A DNA stretch of 64,000 bases from Sphagnum compactum (lineage: Eukaryota). Where the stretch lies: positions 15,118,213 to 15,182,212 of the forward strand of contig OZ234493.1 in NCBI GenBank assembly GCA_965153455.1, in the 5' to 3' direction. Below are positions 24,336 to 36,157 of this stretch, piece after piece (positions within the stretch are counted from its first letter, which is position 1; every line of letters starts with the position of its first letter). The translations under genes were made by a program, and so were the position numbers. The notes below the pieces were generated by a model that saw only the letters and a list, made by a program, of their open reading frames with translations, was not told the DNA's origin and did not search any database.

Positions 24336-26534
24336 GCATCCGGATGATCAGAGAATGTTGTCACCTTGCCTAGGTTATTTTTACAGGCTAGGTGTTGAAG
24401 AATTGAATTACACCATATGTACCAATTTTTGATGTAAAATAAATTAGAATTTTTACTGCTATTCATGTGAATGTAGTGTCAATTACAATATTATTTGTTA
24501 GTGAAAATGGGTGGGATATTTTGTGTTATTCCTGCATCATTTACTTGCAAATCAACATCGCAAATGTTTTTATTTTATGATATGTGGAATTACCTTTTTC
24601 TACCCCATCCATATATCAATGGGAAAGGATAGGGGACTGTGCCATTAATCCCTAATGGTCTGCATAAATGAGATGGGAATCTAATGGGGAATTCTTTTTC
24701 TTTTCACCTGTGGGACCTCCCCATAGGGCTCTTGTGGCTACTAATTCCAAGCCAGCAGTTCCATGTTGATGAACCACATGCGGAGGATCCTGGGTTTCCT
24801 CAGTCTCGTGCTCTTAGTGCGACTGGCAACAGAATTGGTGAAACTCCTCCGATATCTTAGGAAGCTTACTCGAGAGTTTCTTGCACGTGGGCGGGAGCCG
24901 ATTGTCATCCCTCCCCATGATGCTCGGTTGCAGGCAGTGGTAGTCGAAGCCAATGCATCATCACGTGTATCATCAAGGATTGTAGAAATCATGGGTAAGT
25001 ACTCGACTAAACACTCGAGATACTATGTTTCTGTGATCGATTACTAGATTTGAGAAATTGTAAAATTCTAGAGATTGGGATTGTACCAAATATGTCGCAT
25101 GCATGATGGCCGCGTCATGGGTGTCCTGCACATGATCACACGGTGTATAGAATCAATTACCCCCCCACCCTTTCAGGCGAACCAACCAAGTGAACCAGAT
25201 CAGGTTCTTGTGCGTCCCCCCTATGCCTGCTGTCATACGAGCACCCAACGCAACCATGATTGTTATTGACACATAATTCGTTTTTCAATCGTACTGCTAC
25301 TGGATTGTCTTAATTTGCAGGAACTACAGAAGGCGGGGATGCATTCCAAGATGAGGAGAATATAAAAGTGGAATAGCTGATGAACTTGAAGGCAATTTGA
25401 AAATCTCTTCGATAGATCCGAGTCAGGCGGCCTGTGTGCTTAGCCGAAGGCAGTACACTGTTGTACAAATATATGAGTTGAACTTGCAGATGGAGTATCG
25501 ACGATCTAGTTTGTTTAATCTTGATCTGTAACTAACTAGCATGCTTCTGATCAGTAATCACGTGCAGGATTAGATTCACAATTCCATTTCGAATTCTGTT
25601 CCAAGTCAGAAACGCTGAAGAATCTACCAAGCTGATCTGATGCCTATTTGCAGCATCCGCTCTCATCTTCAATATTAGAGTTGCTGCCAGGTCTACATAA
25701 TCTCGGGATTGTTTTTTTGGGGGGGGGGGGGGGGGGTGTCGGTCTTTAATAATTTTCATGCTTAATGCGATGCAGGGGAGCGTTGTATCTCAATCACACA
25801 ATCTACTTCGAGCTTGAATACTGAAGCTTCAAAGCGGACAAACACTAGATTTATCTGCCCTTTGGTCCTCTCTACAAAACGCTTTGTTTCTGGGTGCAGT
25901 CCTGAGACGTTCTGCAGTTCCTCAACAAACAACAAAAACCTCTAGGGTTTTTCACAAATCCCTGTATCTTCTGAGAACCTGTTTTGGGCTGCCATGATTC
26001 TTGGGGGCCCCTCAAACTGTGGGTGGAAACCCTAATTCTCCTGGGTGACCAACCAGATGAAACCCAGGTTTGGTCGGTTACTTGACTTTTCCAAATTATC
26101 TCCGGTTTCTGGTTTTATGAAATTTAGAAATCAAAGAGCCTCTGGTTTCCAGAATTTGTGAAAATTTTAAGAATCAAAGAACCTTTGGTTTGGGTTTTTG
26201 GAATTCTTTTGTAATGGAGAAACCTCTAAACCCTAGAAAAAGAACCTGCGGTTCTCAGGGAATAACAGGGAGAGTATCAGAGTTTTGACAGGTTCGTAGA
26301 TTTTTTTGAGAACTGCGGTTATATATCAGATTTGGTTCTTGGTTTTCTGAGAACTGCAGTTATGTATCAGGACCACTTCGTAGATGCTTTTCAGGATTGT
26401 GGGGGGGGGGTTTCTGGCAAAATCCGGTTATTTGGATTTTTGAGAAAATCCATGGTCATATATCCTCACGAACTGCCATGATAACCGGCGGTCATCTGGT
26501 GGCATTTCTTACAACCGACTAACGTTGAGACCCT

Positions 26535-26829
26535 AATTCTCTTGCAGTCCAGCCCTAATGTTTACTGTGAATGTTCTCCTCTGTCCTCCTCTCCAGCTCT
26601 TCTTGTCCTGCTTCTCAATTGTGAAGCAATCTGGATTGCAGTTCATGTTCAAGAAGTAAACCTCCAGCTCCAGATCCTTGAAGTTGAATACAGTTTCATT
26701 TTTTAGCAACTTGCCAGGCTTGATTCTTCTTGATATGCAATAGCCATAGTTGTTGCTTTGCCTCATTACCAGTTTGCAACTGGTTGTGGGTTCCAAGCCC
26801 TCAAATGTGCACTCTAAGTGCCTGTTACT
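26535..26829 (+). pseudogene. Orphan duplicate of MCTS1 5'UTR, exon 1 (ATGTTCAAGAA at 26645-26655) and intron 1
   Basis: Aligns to ~46825-47230. Homology resumes at 31464-~31515 after the Mutator-like insertion. No exon 2 follows. Confidence 0.8.
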
Positions 26830-27016
26830 GGCCAGAGTGAATTAACAGCCACCAATGCACCAGTTGGCCGTTCTGTCTACTGGATGGGTTGCGTTTTTTC
26901 ATTCGGCGCCAGATGGGGCTCATCACAGTCGATTTCTTTTTGTTGCTAACCACTGTACTTTTTTTTTTTTTTTTTTTTTTGTTCTTGGCCGTTGTTCCTG
27001 GACGTGACCTCACACA

Positions 27017-28433
27017 TAGCTACCCTGCTCACTTTCCTACCTTCATAAGTATTGCACCAACCTACTGACACAGCTACCCTAATAACTAGTTATCCTACTG
27101 ACCTAGCTATTGTACTAACCACCTACCCTACTAACCTAGCTACTCTATTAATTACATACCCTACTAACTTAACCATTAGGTTTAGGGTTGAAACACAAAT
27201 TAATTAATAAGTTTTTCACAAATGTATAGTAATTAATCTAAAGTAGGCTAAATTTGGGGGGAAAATTTTAGGGTTTACACATATGTGAAGTAATACAATT
27301 GCATTTTATATCTTCTTCAAAAAGAGTGGAAAAATTAGGTTGAAAAGATCACACAAAGATAAAAGACATATCTTCTCTTTTGGTTTATAAAGATTAACGT
27401 ATTTATTTCAGTTAATAAATATTTATAGTTTAAAACCTTTGAATTTTGGTTTTTAATTTTTTTCCTATGTTTTTTCAAAAAAAATTATTTTGCATTATAT
27501 GATTTGTATAGCTTGTATAATTTTTTAGGTTTAGGGCATATATCACCAAGACTTTTTTTTGTTAGGGTTTGGTAAAAGTAAGTACAAGTGCAAGTATTGA
27601 AATTATGCCCCAAAATTCCAGTCGGTAAAAGTAAGTACAGGTGTAGGTATTGCAACGAAACCCCAAAATTCTAGTTGGTAAAGGTAAGTATAAGTTTGGG
27701 TATTTCAAGTTGAAATGAAAAAACAAACCTAAATGTAATACCCACGTTTCAAAAAAACCCATCTAAATGGTTTGGATACCCTTAAGTGAAGACCTAGCCT
27801 TAAACACAATATGCATATACAAAGTCACTTTGAAATAACCCAACCCTAAATGCAATACTTGCACTTTGGGTCACTTCGAAAGGACACATGTAGGGTTTAA
27901 GTTTTCTTTATATGAAGATCTTACCCTAAATGCAATACCTGCATTTAGGGTCACTCCGAAAGTACGCATGTGGGGATTAGGGTTCTTTATATGAAGATCC
28001 CACTCTAAATGCAATACCTGCATTTGGGGTCACTCCGAATAGCTACCCTGCTCACTTTCCTACCCTCATAAATATTGCACCAACCTTGGTACCTTATTTA
28101 TTATCCTTTACTAACACAGCTACCCTAATAACTAGTTATCCTATTGACCTAGCTATTGTACTAACCACCTACCCTACTAACCTAGCTACTCTATTAATTA
28201 CATACCCTACTAACTTAACCATTAGGTTTAGGGTTGAGACACAAATTAATTAATAAGTTTTTCACAAATGTATAGTAATTAATCTAAAGTAGGTTAAATT
28301 TGGGGGGAAAGTTTTAGGGTTTACACATATGTGAAGTAATACAATTGCATTCTATATCTTCTTCAAAAAGAGTGGAAAAAATTAAGTTGGAGAGATCACA
28401 CAAAGGTAAAAGACATATCTTCTCTTTTGGTTT
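27017..28433 (+). repeat. Internal direct repeat (~370-390 bp; 27017-27386 and 28040-28433)
   Basis: tagctaccctgctcactttcc...catatcttctcttttggttt is present twice. Three ~70-80 bp ccctaaatgcaatac..ggtcact repeats lie between the copies. Confidence 0.9.
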
Positions 28434-29329
28434 TGTATGAAATTTATTTGATTGTGAGGGCCAAGTTGTTATGTAATGTTTTCGACACTTTTAGAAGTTG
28501 AAAGATGACTTGACTATCCAAAAAACACAATAATGTCCATTAAAAAAAACCAAGAATTTATAACCTTGACAAATTATTAATTTCAACAAAAGCTCAAACC
28601 TAAGGTTATTAAATTGACTAAAGTGTGGACATTGATCAAACTAACCTAACCTAAACATGAGTAATAGGTTAGTAAGTTATTTGTTAAGTAACGTAATTGA
28701 TTACCTGATAGGCTACCTTCTTAATATAGGCCTATTATGTAATTTGTTCATTAATGTAAACTTTCTAAGTTAATATCTTAGATGGTCTATGTAAGTATTG
28801 AAGGTGATTGAATTTATTAAGTAAACCTATTAGTCATATAGGTAATATACTAGCCTAGGCCACGTAAGCCTAATAAACATTTATGATAGTTTAATGTCTA
28901 ATCCTTATTGTGTAATAACATTTTAAATTTGAACTAAAAGAATTTATCAAAAAGAAAGCACATTTTTTCATATAATTGTTATAAGTATATACTATTGGAA
29001 CATGATTCAAATTTAGAGTTTGGGAAACCCTAAATTAATTAACAGTTTTTTTACAAATTAATAGTAAATAAAATAAATCTACGGTGCATTATAGGGGGAA
29101 TTTTATATGCAAAAAAATGCAATACATATTTGCAAGATCATACTGAAATAATACATAGGTGATTGAAGGAAACCATATGTGAAAACCTTAAACCCTAAAT
29201 GCAATACTCGCATGTAATGTCATTTCAAAAGTGGTCTAGGTACCAAAATTATGTCTTTTCATATACCTAAATTAAATATTATTCTAAATTAATCTTATGA
29301 CAAAATGTAAATTTTACAATGAATGTAAA

Positions 29330-29625
29330 AACCAGCAACTATTATGGGACCTATATGTGGGTATTGCAAGAGATGCCAAAAAAGCCAGCGGCTATTTTGG
29401 AGACTATATGCAGGTATTGCAACGAATGAAGAATGTCAACGATTATTTGTGCCCTATATGCGAGTATTGCAAGGAATGCAAAATGCCAGCGGTTATTATG
29501 GGACTCATATGCGGGTATTGCAAGGAATGTAAAAAGTCAGCGCCTATTATGGGACTTATATGCGAGTATTACAATTAATGCGAAATGCCTGTGGCTATTT
29601 TTGGACTTATATGAAAGTATTGCAT
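29330..29625 (+). repeat. Degenerate ~50-bp minisatellite
   Basis: Recurring cagcgg(c/t)tattatgggac..atatgc(g)ggtattgcaa units. Confidence 0.85.
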
Positions 29626-30283
29626 ATTAGAAAATGGTCTTATGGAGTTCATAATAGAAAGTGATGTGGGTATTATATGTTTAAAATGTGTGGATTATTT
29701 TAAAAGTCTTCAGGTGATCTGAGTCCTATTAACTTAGATGTAAGTATTGTATAATGTTCATTTTGATATTTGGTTTGATTCTTACATCTCAAGTACTAAC
29801 AAAATTATGACAAAGAAGACATATATGATTAACCACATACACATCAAACAAGTGTGAGTAGAAGATACTATTATATTGATAAAAGATGTACAAAAATGGG
29901 TGCATGGAAAATTACTAGAGAACCCAATGAAAAAATTTATTGGATCTCTATAACATATCAAAGGATCGAAGTTCAAAATTGGGTAGTCCACAATTGTTGC
30001 ATCTAATGTAGCAACATGTGACTCAATAACTCCCTCATCTCCTCCAACAACATATGGCAGAAGAATCGCCTCATCTGACACAACAACACTTGGAGGAATC
30101 GCCTCATCTGACGCAACAACATCTTGTTTATTGACTTCCAACCCACCACCACCACTTTTCCTTAGTCTTCTTCTCCTACCCATTACAACCTCCAACCCTA
30201 AACAAAAGACCACTAGTTATTGTTAAATGTTAATTCTAATGAACTAAACCATAAGCAAAAAAAATATTGAGGATGGGGCAAAA

Positions 30284-30996
30284 GGTTTAGGGTTTAGGGT
30301 TTTAGGGTTTTGGGTTCTTCTTCTTTCTCTTCTGCTGCAAAAAAGAAGAAGAAGAAGGCCTTCTTCTTTGCTGCGCTGCAGCAAAGCTACAGTGCAGCAA
30401 AGAAAGAGAAAGAAGAAGAATGCCTTCTTCTTTTGCTGCAAAAAAGAAGAAGAAGAAGGCCTTCTTCTTCTCCTGCAAAAAAGAAGAAGAAGAAGGCCTT
30501 CTTCTTCTGCTCCAAAAAAGAAGAAGAAGGCCTTCTTCTTCTGCTCCAAAAAAGAAGAAGAAGAAGGTTTTCTTCTTCTGCTGCAAAAAAGAAGAAGAAG
30601 AAGGCCTTCTTCTTTGCTGCAAAAAAGAAGAAGAAGGCCTTCTTCTTTGCTGCAAAAAAGAAGAAGAAGAAGGCCTTCTTCTTTGCTGCGCTGCAGTTGA
30701 GCTGCAGTGCAACAAAGAAAGAGAAAGAAGAAGAAGGCCTTCTTCTTCTCCTGCAAAAAAGAAGAAGAAGAAGGCCTTCTTCTTTGCTGCGCTGCAGCTG
30801 AGCTGTAGTGCAGCAAAGAAAGAGAAAGAAGAAGAAGGCCTTCTTCTTCTGCTGCAAAAAAGAAGAAGAAGAAGGCCTTCTTCTTTGTTGCAAAAAAGAA
30901 GAAGAAGAAGGCCTTCTTCTTTGCCGCAGCGCAGCAAAGAAAGAGGAAGAAGAAGAAGAAGGCCTTCTTCTTCTGCTGCAGCGAGCGACTTCTCAA
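30284..30996. repeat. TTTAGGG-like run followed by a palindromic (GAA)n-GGCC-(TTC)n satellite
   Basis: Repeated GAAGAAGAAGGCCTTCTTC(TTC)TGCTGCAAAAAA units. Each unit core is self-complementary. Confidence 0.95.
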
Positions 30997-32191
30997 GCCT
31001 TCTTCAAACAAAACAAACAAAAAAAACAAAAAACAAAAAAATGTAAGCATCTTACCTTTTCGTGGGCGCGTGGGTTTCGTTCCAACTCCAGCCGGTCCAA
31101 CTCCAGCTCCAGCCGCTCCAGCTCCCGCTCCATAGCCACAGCTCCAGCTCCCACTCCACAGCCACAGCTCCCGCTCCACAGTCGCTCGAGGTCTCTGGAG
31201 CTCTGGCGATGGAGTGAGGGGGGGTGGGGTTGGTAGGCGGTAGGTAGGAGGCGGGAGGTAGGTGGTAGATAGGAGGGGGGAGGTAGAAGGTAGGTAGGAA
31301 GGGGGAGGTAGAGAATTTTTTTGGTAGAGAATTTTGGGGCAGGGAGGATCCGGGAAAAAAAACCCGATGCGGGCAGGGAGATGCTCATCCGCGAAACGGG
31401 TTCAACGGGCTCATCCTCAACTGGTGCATTGGTGGCTGTTAATTCACTCCAGCCCCTGTTACTCAGATCTTAAGGTTAAGGGAGAAAAAGAGGCTTTGAT
31501 TCAGTTTTTAGTAGCAGGCTTTTGGGATATTAAAGAAATTCTTTTTGCACTTAATTAATGCATGAACGTCAGGGTGGACCAAATTCTATAAAATACCATA
31601 TTAAATCCTATAAAAACACACACATGTAAAGAGAACAAGAATATTTACTGAAAGCCCAACTGATTCTTGCAAAACTTTGTTTGGTAGTCTGAGGTTTTTA
31701 TTCCACTACACAGATCACACCTTGTAAACATCGTAAAGTCCTCTCTTGAGATCAAGTAGAGTCCAAATCATGCAGTACCTGTTCTGCAATTTGCAATCCT
31801 GGCATTTATTGTTTACGATAGAGGCTGAGGCAGCAAGCTTCAGGCTTTACTGAGAGCAAAGCACTGGGTGGATTTTAGATTTTAAATTTTTCCTGTGCTA
31901 TCTGGAGGATACCCACTGGGTATCACAGGGAAAAAGCCAAAAGCAAGTGCTTTGAAAGATTTGTTTGTTTGGTTGGTTTGCGCTGGAAACAAATGTTGCT
32001 TGGGGTGTTTGTGATATACATATTTGTTGACTTGGGGTTTTATTTTTGGGACATCACAATGTTTTTGAAGATGAAAAAATAGTGGCGGTATGTATCATTG
32101 GTTCTTTGAGCACTATTGTTGTGGCATGTGTGTCAATTTAGCTCATCATCTTCTGTCTCTGTCTGTCTGATCTATCTACTCTACCTTACAG

Positions 32192-35100
32192 CTTCTTGAG
32201 GAGTGTGGGATTCCTCTTCCCCCTATGCGACAGTCAACCGCGAATTTCCTTACCAAGATGTGGATTATCTGGTGGGGGAGGAAGACTATGTTGAGATTCG
32301 TGGCAAGCGGATCATGAAGCCATTTGTAGAGAAACCTGTGGATGGTGAGCTTCTTCTTCTAGTTCACAATCTAAGTTATTCAAGTGAGACAACAAAGTAA
32401 TTCATGCATCACTGTTGGTGGACACACTGATATGGAGACTTTCATACAATGTGCCAGGAGATGATCACAATGTTATGATATACTACCCGAGTTCTGCTGG
32501 TGGTGGCAGAAAGGATCTCTTCCGGAAGGTGAGAGACAATTGGTTTGAACATTCATCATTCTACACTGAATTCATGTTCTCGTTCTTTTTTGTGTATGAA
32601 GAAGAAGTAACCGAGGTTGTTGATTGAGTTGTGGGTTGTTTTTTTAAGGTGGGAAATCGGTCAAGTGAGTTTCATCCAGAGTTACGAAGAGTGCGCCCAG
32701 AAGGTTCATACATCTATGAGGAGTTCATGCCCACAGGTGACACCGATGTTAAGGTCAGGCACAGCAAGTCTTCCTGTCAAACAATAATAATACACTCCTG
32801 GCACTAGTTCATTCTACAAATGTCCGTCTCTAGGTTTAGATGACGTTTGAGGAAGGAACTTTCATTCAAGAGGGAAGATGATGGATGGGTAAAGGTGTTA
32901 AATGACGCCTGCTGCCTGCAGGTCTACACAGTGGGTCCAGAATATGCGCATGCTGAAGCTCGCAAGTCTCCAGTTGTTGATGGTGTTGTCATGAGGAGTG
33001 CAGATGGGAAAGAGGTGTGTTTGGCACATTCATCAAATTCCTAAAGACTTTTTGAGGGTGAATCTCTGGCAATAATTTTATTCCTGATGAATCTGAATGT
33101 GTTCATGAATCTTTGGTGTCCAAGCTTGAAGCTTTCGAATCTGAGGAGAGCCCCAACTGAGAGGAAAGATTCCTCCCTCCCTTGGGTCATGTGTGTTGCT
33201 TTGCTTTCACGTGAGGTATCCGGTGCTGTTGACACCAGTTGAGAAACAAATGGCTCGTAAAGTCTGCATGGCGTTTGGCCAAGCGGCGAGCTTGCTCGTT
33301 GATCAAGACAATTAACTTATTGATTGTGAAGGAGAGAGACATTGCAGTGGTGATTTCATCAACCCATTGTTGATACCCATTTTTTGTGATCAATTATTGT
33401 ATCCATTCAAGACTTGGTTTGTATTTTGTTTTGGCTATGATCTTCTTGAGTCAAAGTTGGTGGTGTGTTGTTGGGCAATGATGACAGGTTTGTGGGTTTG
33501 ATCTTCTCCGGTCAGAAGGACAATCATATGTTTGTGATGTCAATGGATGGAGTTTTGTGAAAAACTCGTACAAATAAGCAATTAGGAATCAACCTTGAAA
33601 AATTGAAGCTCCAGAGTTGCAGCAAACATACATGCCCTGGTTGTTGTTCAAGCAAAGAAAAATTATACCCAACATGGCTCTAGCCAGTGCTGCCGACCAA
33701 TTACTCAGGTAGCTTATGTACTTCAGTAGCTTATGTACTTAGCTTAATCCCCATTTTTAGTTTGACTTGAAAACTGACTTGATTGTTGTGGGCCATCATA
33801 TTGCAGCTTATTTAGTTATCTTAATCCTTTATTTACTAATCTAGTGCAGTGATGTTGCAACCATGCTGTAACCATGAGTCTTTGGCTTGTGTGTGGGATG
33901 GGGGGGTATTTGTGAATTCAGCTGCCATGATATAAGCAAAGTTCCTGACATTTATGATTCTGCCAAGTAAGGCCAAATCTTCATCCCATGATCTGCTTAA
34001 GCCTCTGTTTTTTCTTCACAGTTCCCATGTATCCATTTGGTTACACTTTGGCAGTTTGTTCTTGATTCTTTGATGTCTGATGGGAGAGACTAGGCTACTC
34101 TCTCTTTGAGCTCTCTGATGATGCTTAAATCATTTCCTTTGCATTTCCATCATGCCTGTGGATGCCAGATATGATCTTCTACACAATGCACTTTCGAAAA
34201 TCAAGGGTCTAGATGAACTCTACAAAGTGGCCAAGGTGATGGTTTTTTCTTCTTTTGAAAATACTCATTTCCTCTTGCTACTTATTTGAAATTTGTGGAT
34301 TCCAATTTTGTAGCAAATGAAGAGGCAGTTTTTAGAACTCTGGGTACCTTCTTTTTTCCTCTGGTTTAGTTATGGTTGAGGTGATTTTGTAGCGGACAGG
34401 TATTGGCAGATGGGGTTATTCCAAATGAGTATGGTATCAACCCTAAGCACAAACTAATCATTGGTGCAAAGGTACTTTTCCTATTCAATTCGACTGTTCC
34501 TTGCACTGTGATTTCATGGATTAAGGGTTTAGGGTTTAGGATTTTCCAAATTTTTATTTAAAAAACTTTTCTATCCAAACTGGTCAAAGTTTGTACACCT
34601 TTGAGGTAAATGGTATGCCAATGTTGAATGTTCCAGATTGCACACTGGTTGATGGGTAAGATACTAATTGACCTCCGGAACACCAAAGAGGAGACGTTAA
34701 GTGTAGCAGAGCTGAAGAAAGATGATGAGGAGAATGATGATGCAGCTGCTGCAATGCTACATAGTCCGAAAAAACTTGATGGCAGCAAAGACAGTCCAAG
34801 AGTAGGAAGCAGGCGACAACAAAGTGCTGCTGAAAATGTGACTGATGATGATACCTAAAAAGAGACCCAGTATCGTTTGGATCCCAAGTATGTTGTCCTA
34901 AACCTAAGATCTCAGTTGTACATTCATGAATCTTCTAAAGGGTCTTGTGGATTTCAGGACATTGTTTATTTGAAGGAGACTTTGCATGATCATTGCTTGA
35001 AAAGTTCTCATCCTCATGTGCCCATTGACATATGTCACACTTGTGGGAATTGTGGGAAGTTCCACAAGAACATCACAACTGGATAACGTTGTATGGATTT

Positions 35101-36157
35101 TATGGAGCTGGATGCTAATGAATATGACAATGGTTCTTAATAGGTATGCAAATGTCAGAACTCCTGAGAGGCATGTTCGTACTCAGCTTCACTTCACATC
35201 TGTAAGTGGTCCTCATCCTCACTCTGTTGTTGTACCCATTGGTAGGTTACAAAGCAATTTGGTAGGTCGTGACTGGTAGGTAATGCTGCAAACAGAAAAC
35301 TGTGTTTTTTATGATCGCCCATATGTCATGGTCGACTAACTTTGGCTGTGTCTGGATTCTTGCAGGAGTCCCACATTCACTCCTTGACCAATATATTGTG
35401 GTATTGTCATTTGGATGACTCATTGAAAGGGGAACCTGGACTGGTTTCGAATGAAGGGCTACAACGTATATCCAAAATCAAGGAGCTTGACTACTTGACT
35501 CATATAGTCCTGCGAATGTTTGAGAATACTGCGGTACAAAAATCAGTTTTTCCACAACCCAACTTCACCATTGAACTTCCTTTGAACTTTTCTGCAAATT
35601 TTTCAATCATTTAAAAGATGTAGATACTCCAATGGAGCAGTCATTTTAATCCTGTGATTAATTTCATCTTCAGATAAAGTTCCTGAAGAATTTGATCTTA
35701 CAAGAGGGTTGTGGTTGTATGGTATGTAGGTGCCATTGGAAGACCCAAAAAGGTTCCGGATTGAGCTAATGTTCAGTAATGGAGCTGCTCTTAGTCCTCT
35801 CAAGGTACTGACCTGCTGTTTGTTTCTTTGTCTCAATTCAATAGCACATACAATAACAAGTGCAAGATTTGAGCCAAAAGCTTACAAAACATGTGTTCAT
35901 TTTCAAAGCGGAAATAATTGACAGTTGGTTTGAGATGATGCCGTCATGGGTGGCAGGCAACTCCTCGGAACCGAGACCATACTCTTCCTGTACTACTGGC
36001 TGTGACATTACAGGAGGATGGACGATACGTAACTTTGGATCAGTTGGAGAAGCTTGTTTGACCGTTTGCTATGCGAGCTGAAGATTTTCCACCATCCACA
36101 ATGCCACATGAGCTCTCGGGTCTATTCATGAAAGGTGAAGGAGCTTTTGGGCACTAA
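32192..36157 (+). pseudogene. VIH: PPIP5K (VIP1/VIH inositol-pyrophosphate kinase/phosphatase) pseudogene, 5'-truncated with an internal deletion
   Basis: Exons [82 protein letters not shown]. Then a jump to [52 protein letters not shown]. Frameshift at ~32220, mutated acceptor at ~33210, stops at 34856 and 36059. Confidence 0.93.

Larger units (their letters stand above)
6595..24736 (-). mobile_element. 18,142-bp EnSpm/CACTA(CMC)-like DNA transposon with CACAA termini and host-gene cargo
   Basis: TIR CACAAGGGGCCTGTGAGGAAGTCCCACA versus reverse complement of the right end CACAAGAGCCCTATGGGGAGGTCCCACA (23/28). 3-bp TSD GCT at 6592-6594 and 24737-24739. Removing the element restores the sequence seen in paralogs A and C. 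Internal transposase remnants on the minus strand. Confidence 0.92.
6557..25376 (+). pseudogene. Small-protein copy B, split by the 18-kb transposon; pieces 6557-6594, 24740-24994 and 25321-25376
   Basis: MAPVTRSSHEIQL at 6557 resumes as LIPSQQFHVDEPH after 24739. A 5-nt deletion then shifts the frame before the hydrophobic helix. GTAAGT donor at 24995, exon 2 reads GTTEGGDAFQDEENIKVE*. Confidence 0.8.
26830..31454. mobile_element. Non-autonomous Mutator-like element (4625 bp)
   Basis: 37-bp TIRs at 26830-26866 and 31418-31454 (35/37, GG..GAGTGAATTAACAGCCACCAATGCACCAGTTG). Perfect 9-bp TSD CCTGTTACT at 26821-26829 and 31455-31463. The paralogous site near 47220-47250 is empty. No transposase. 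Confidence 0.92.

Noticed and set aside
26010-26520. MITE-like region with gaacc/ggttc motifs
   Set aside because: No convincing TIR pair or TSD could be identified by eye.
29297-29630. Cys-rich ORFs (CxYCKxC) resembling zinc fingers
   Set aside because: Produced by a ~50-bp minisatellite inside the Mutator-like element.
30244-31388. Long overlapping ORFs (up to 311 aa) on both strands
   Set aside because: They are translations of a stop-free palindromic satellite, with no gene features.
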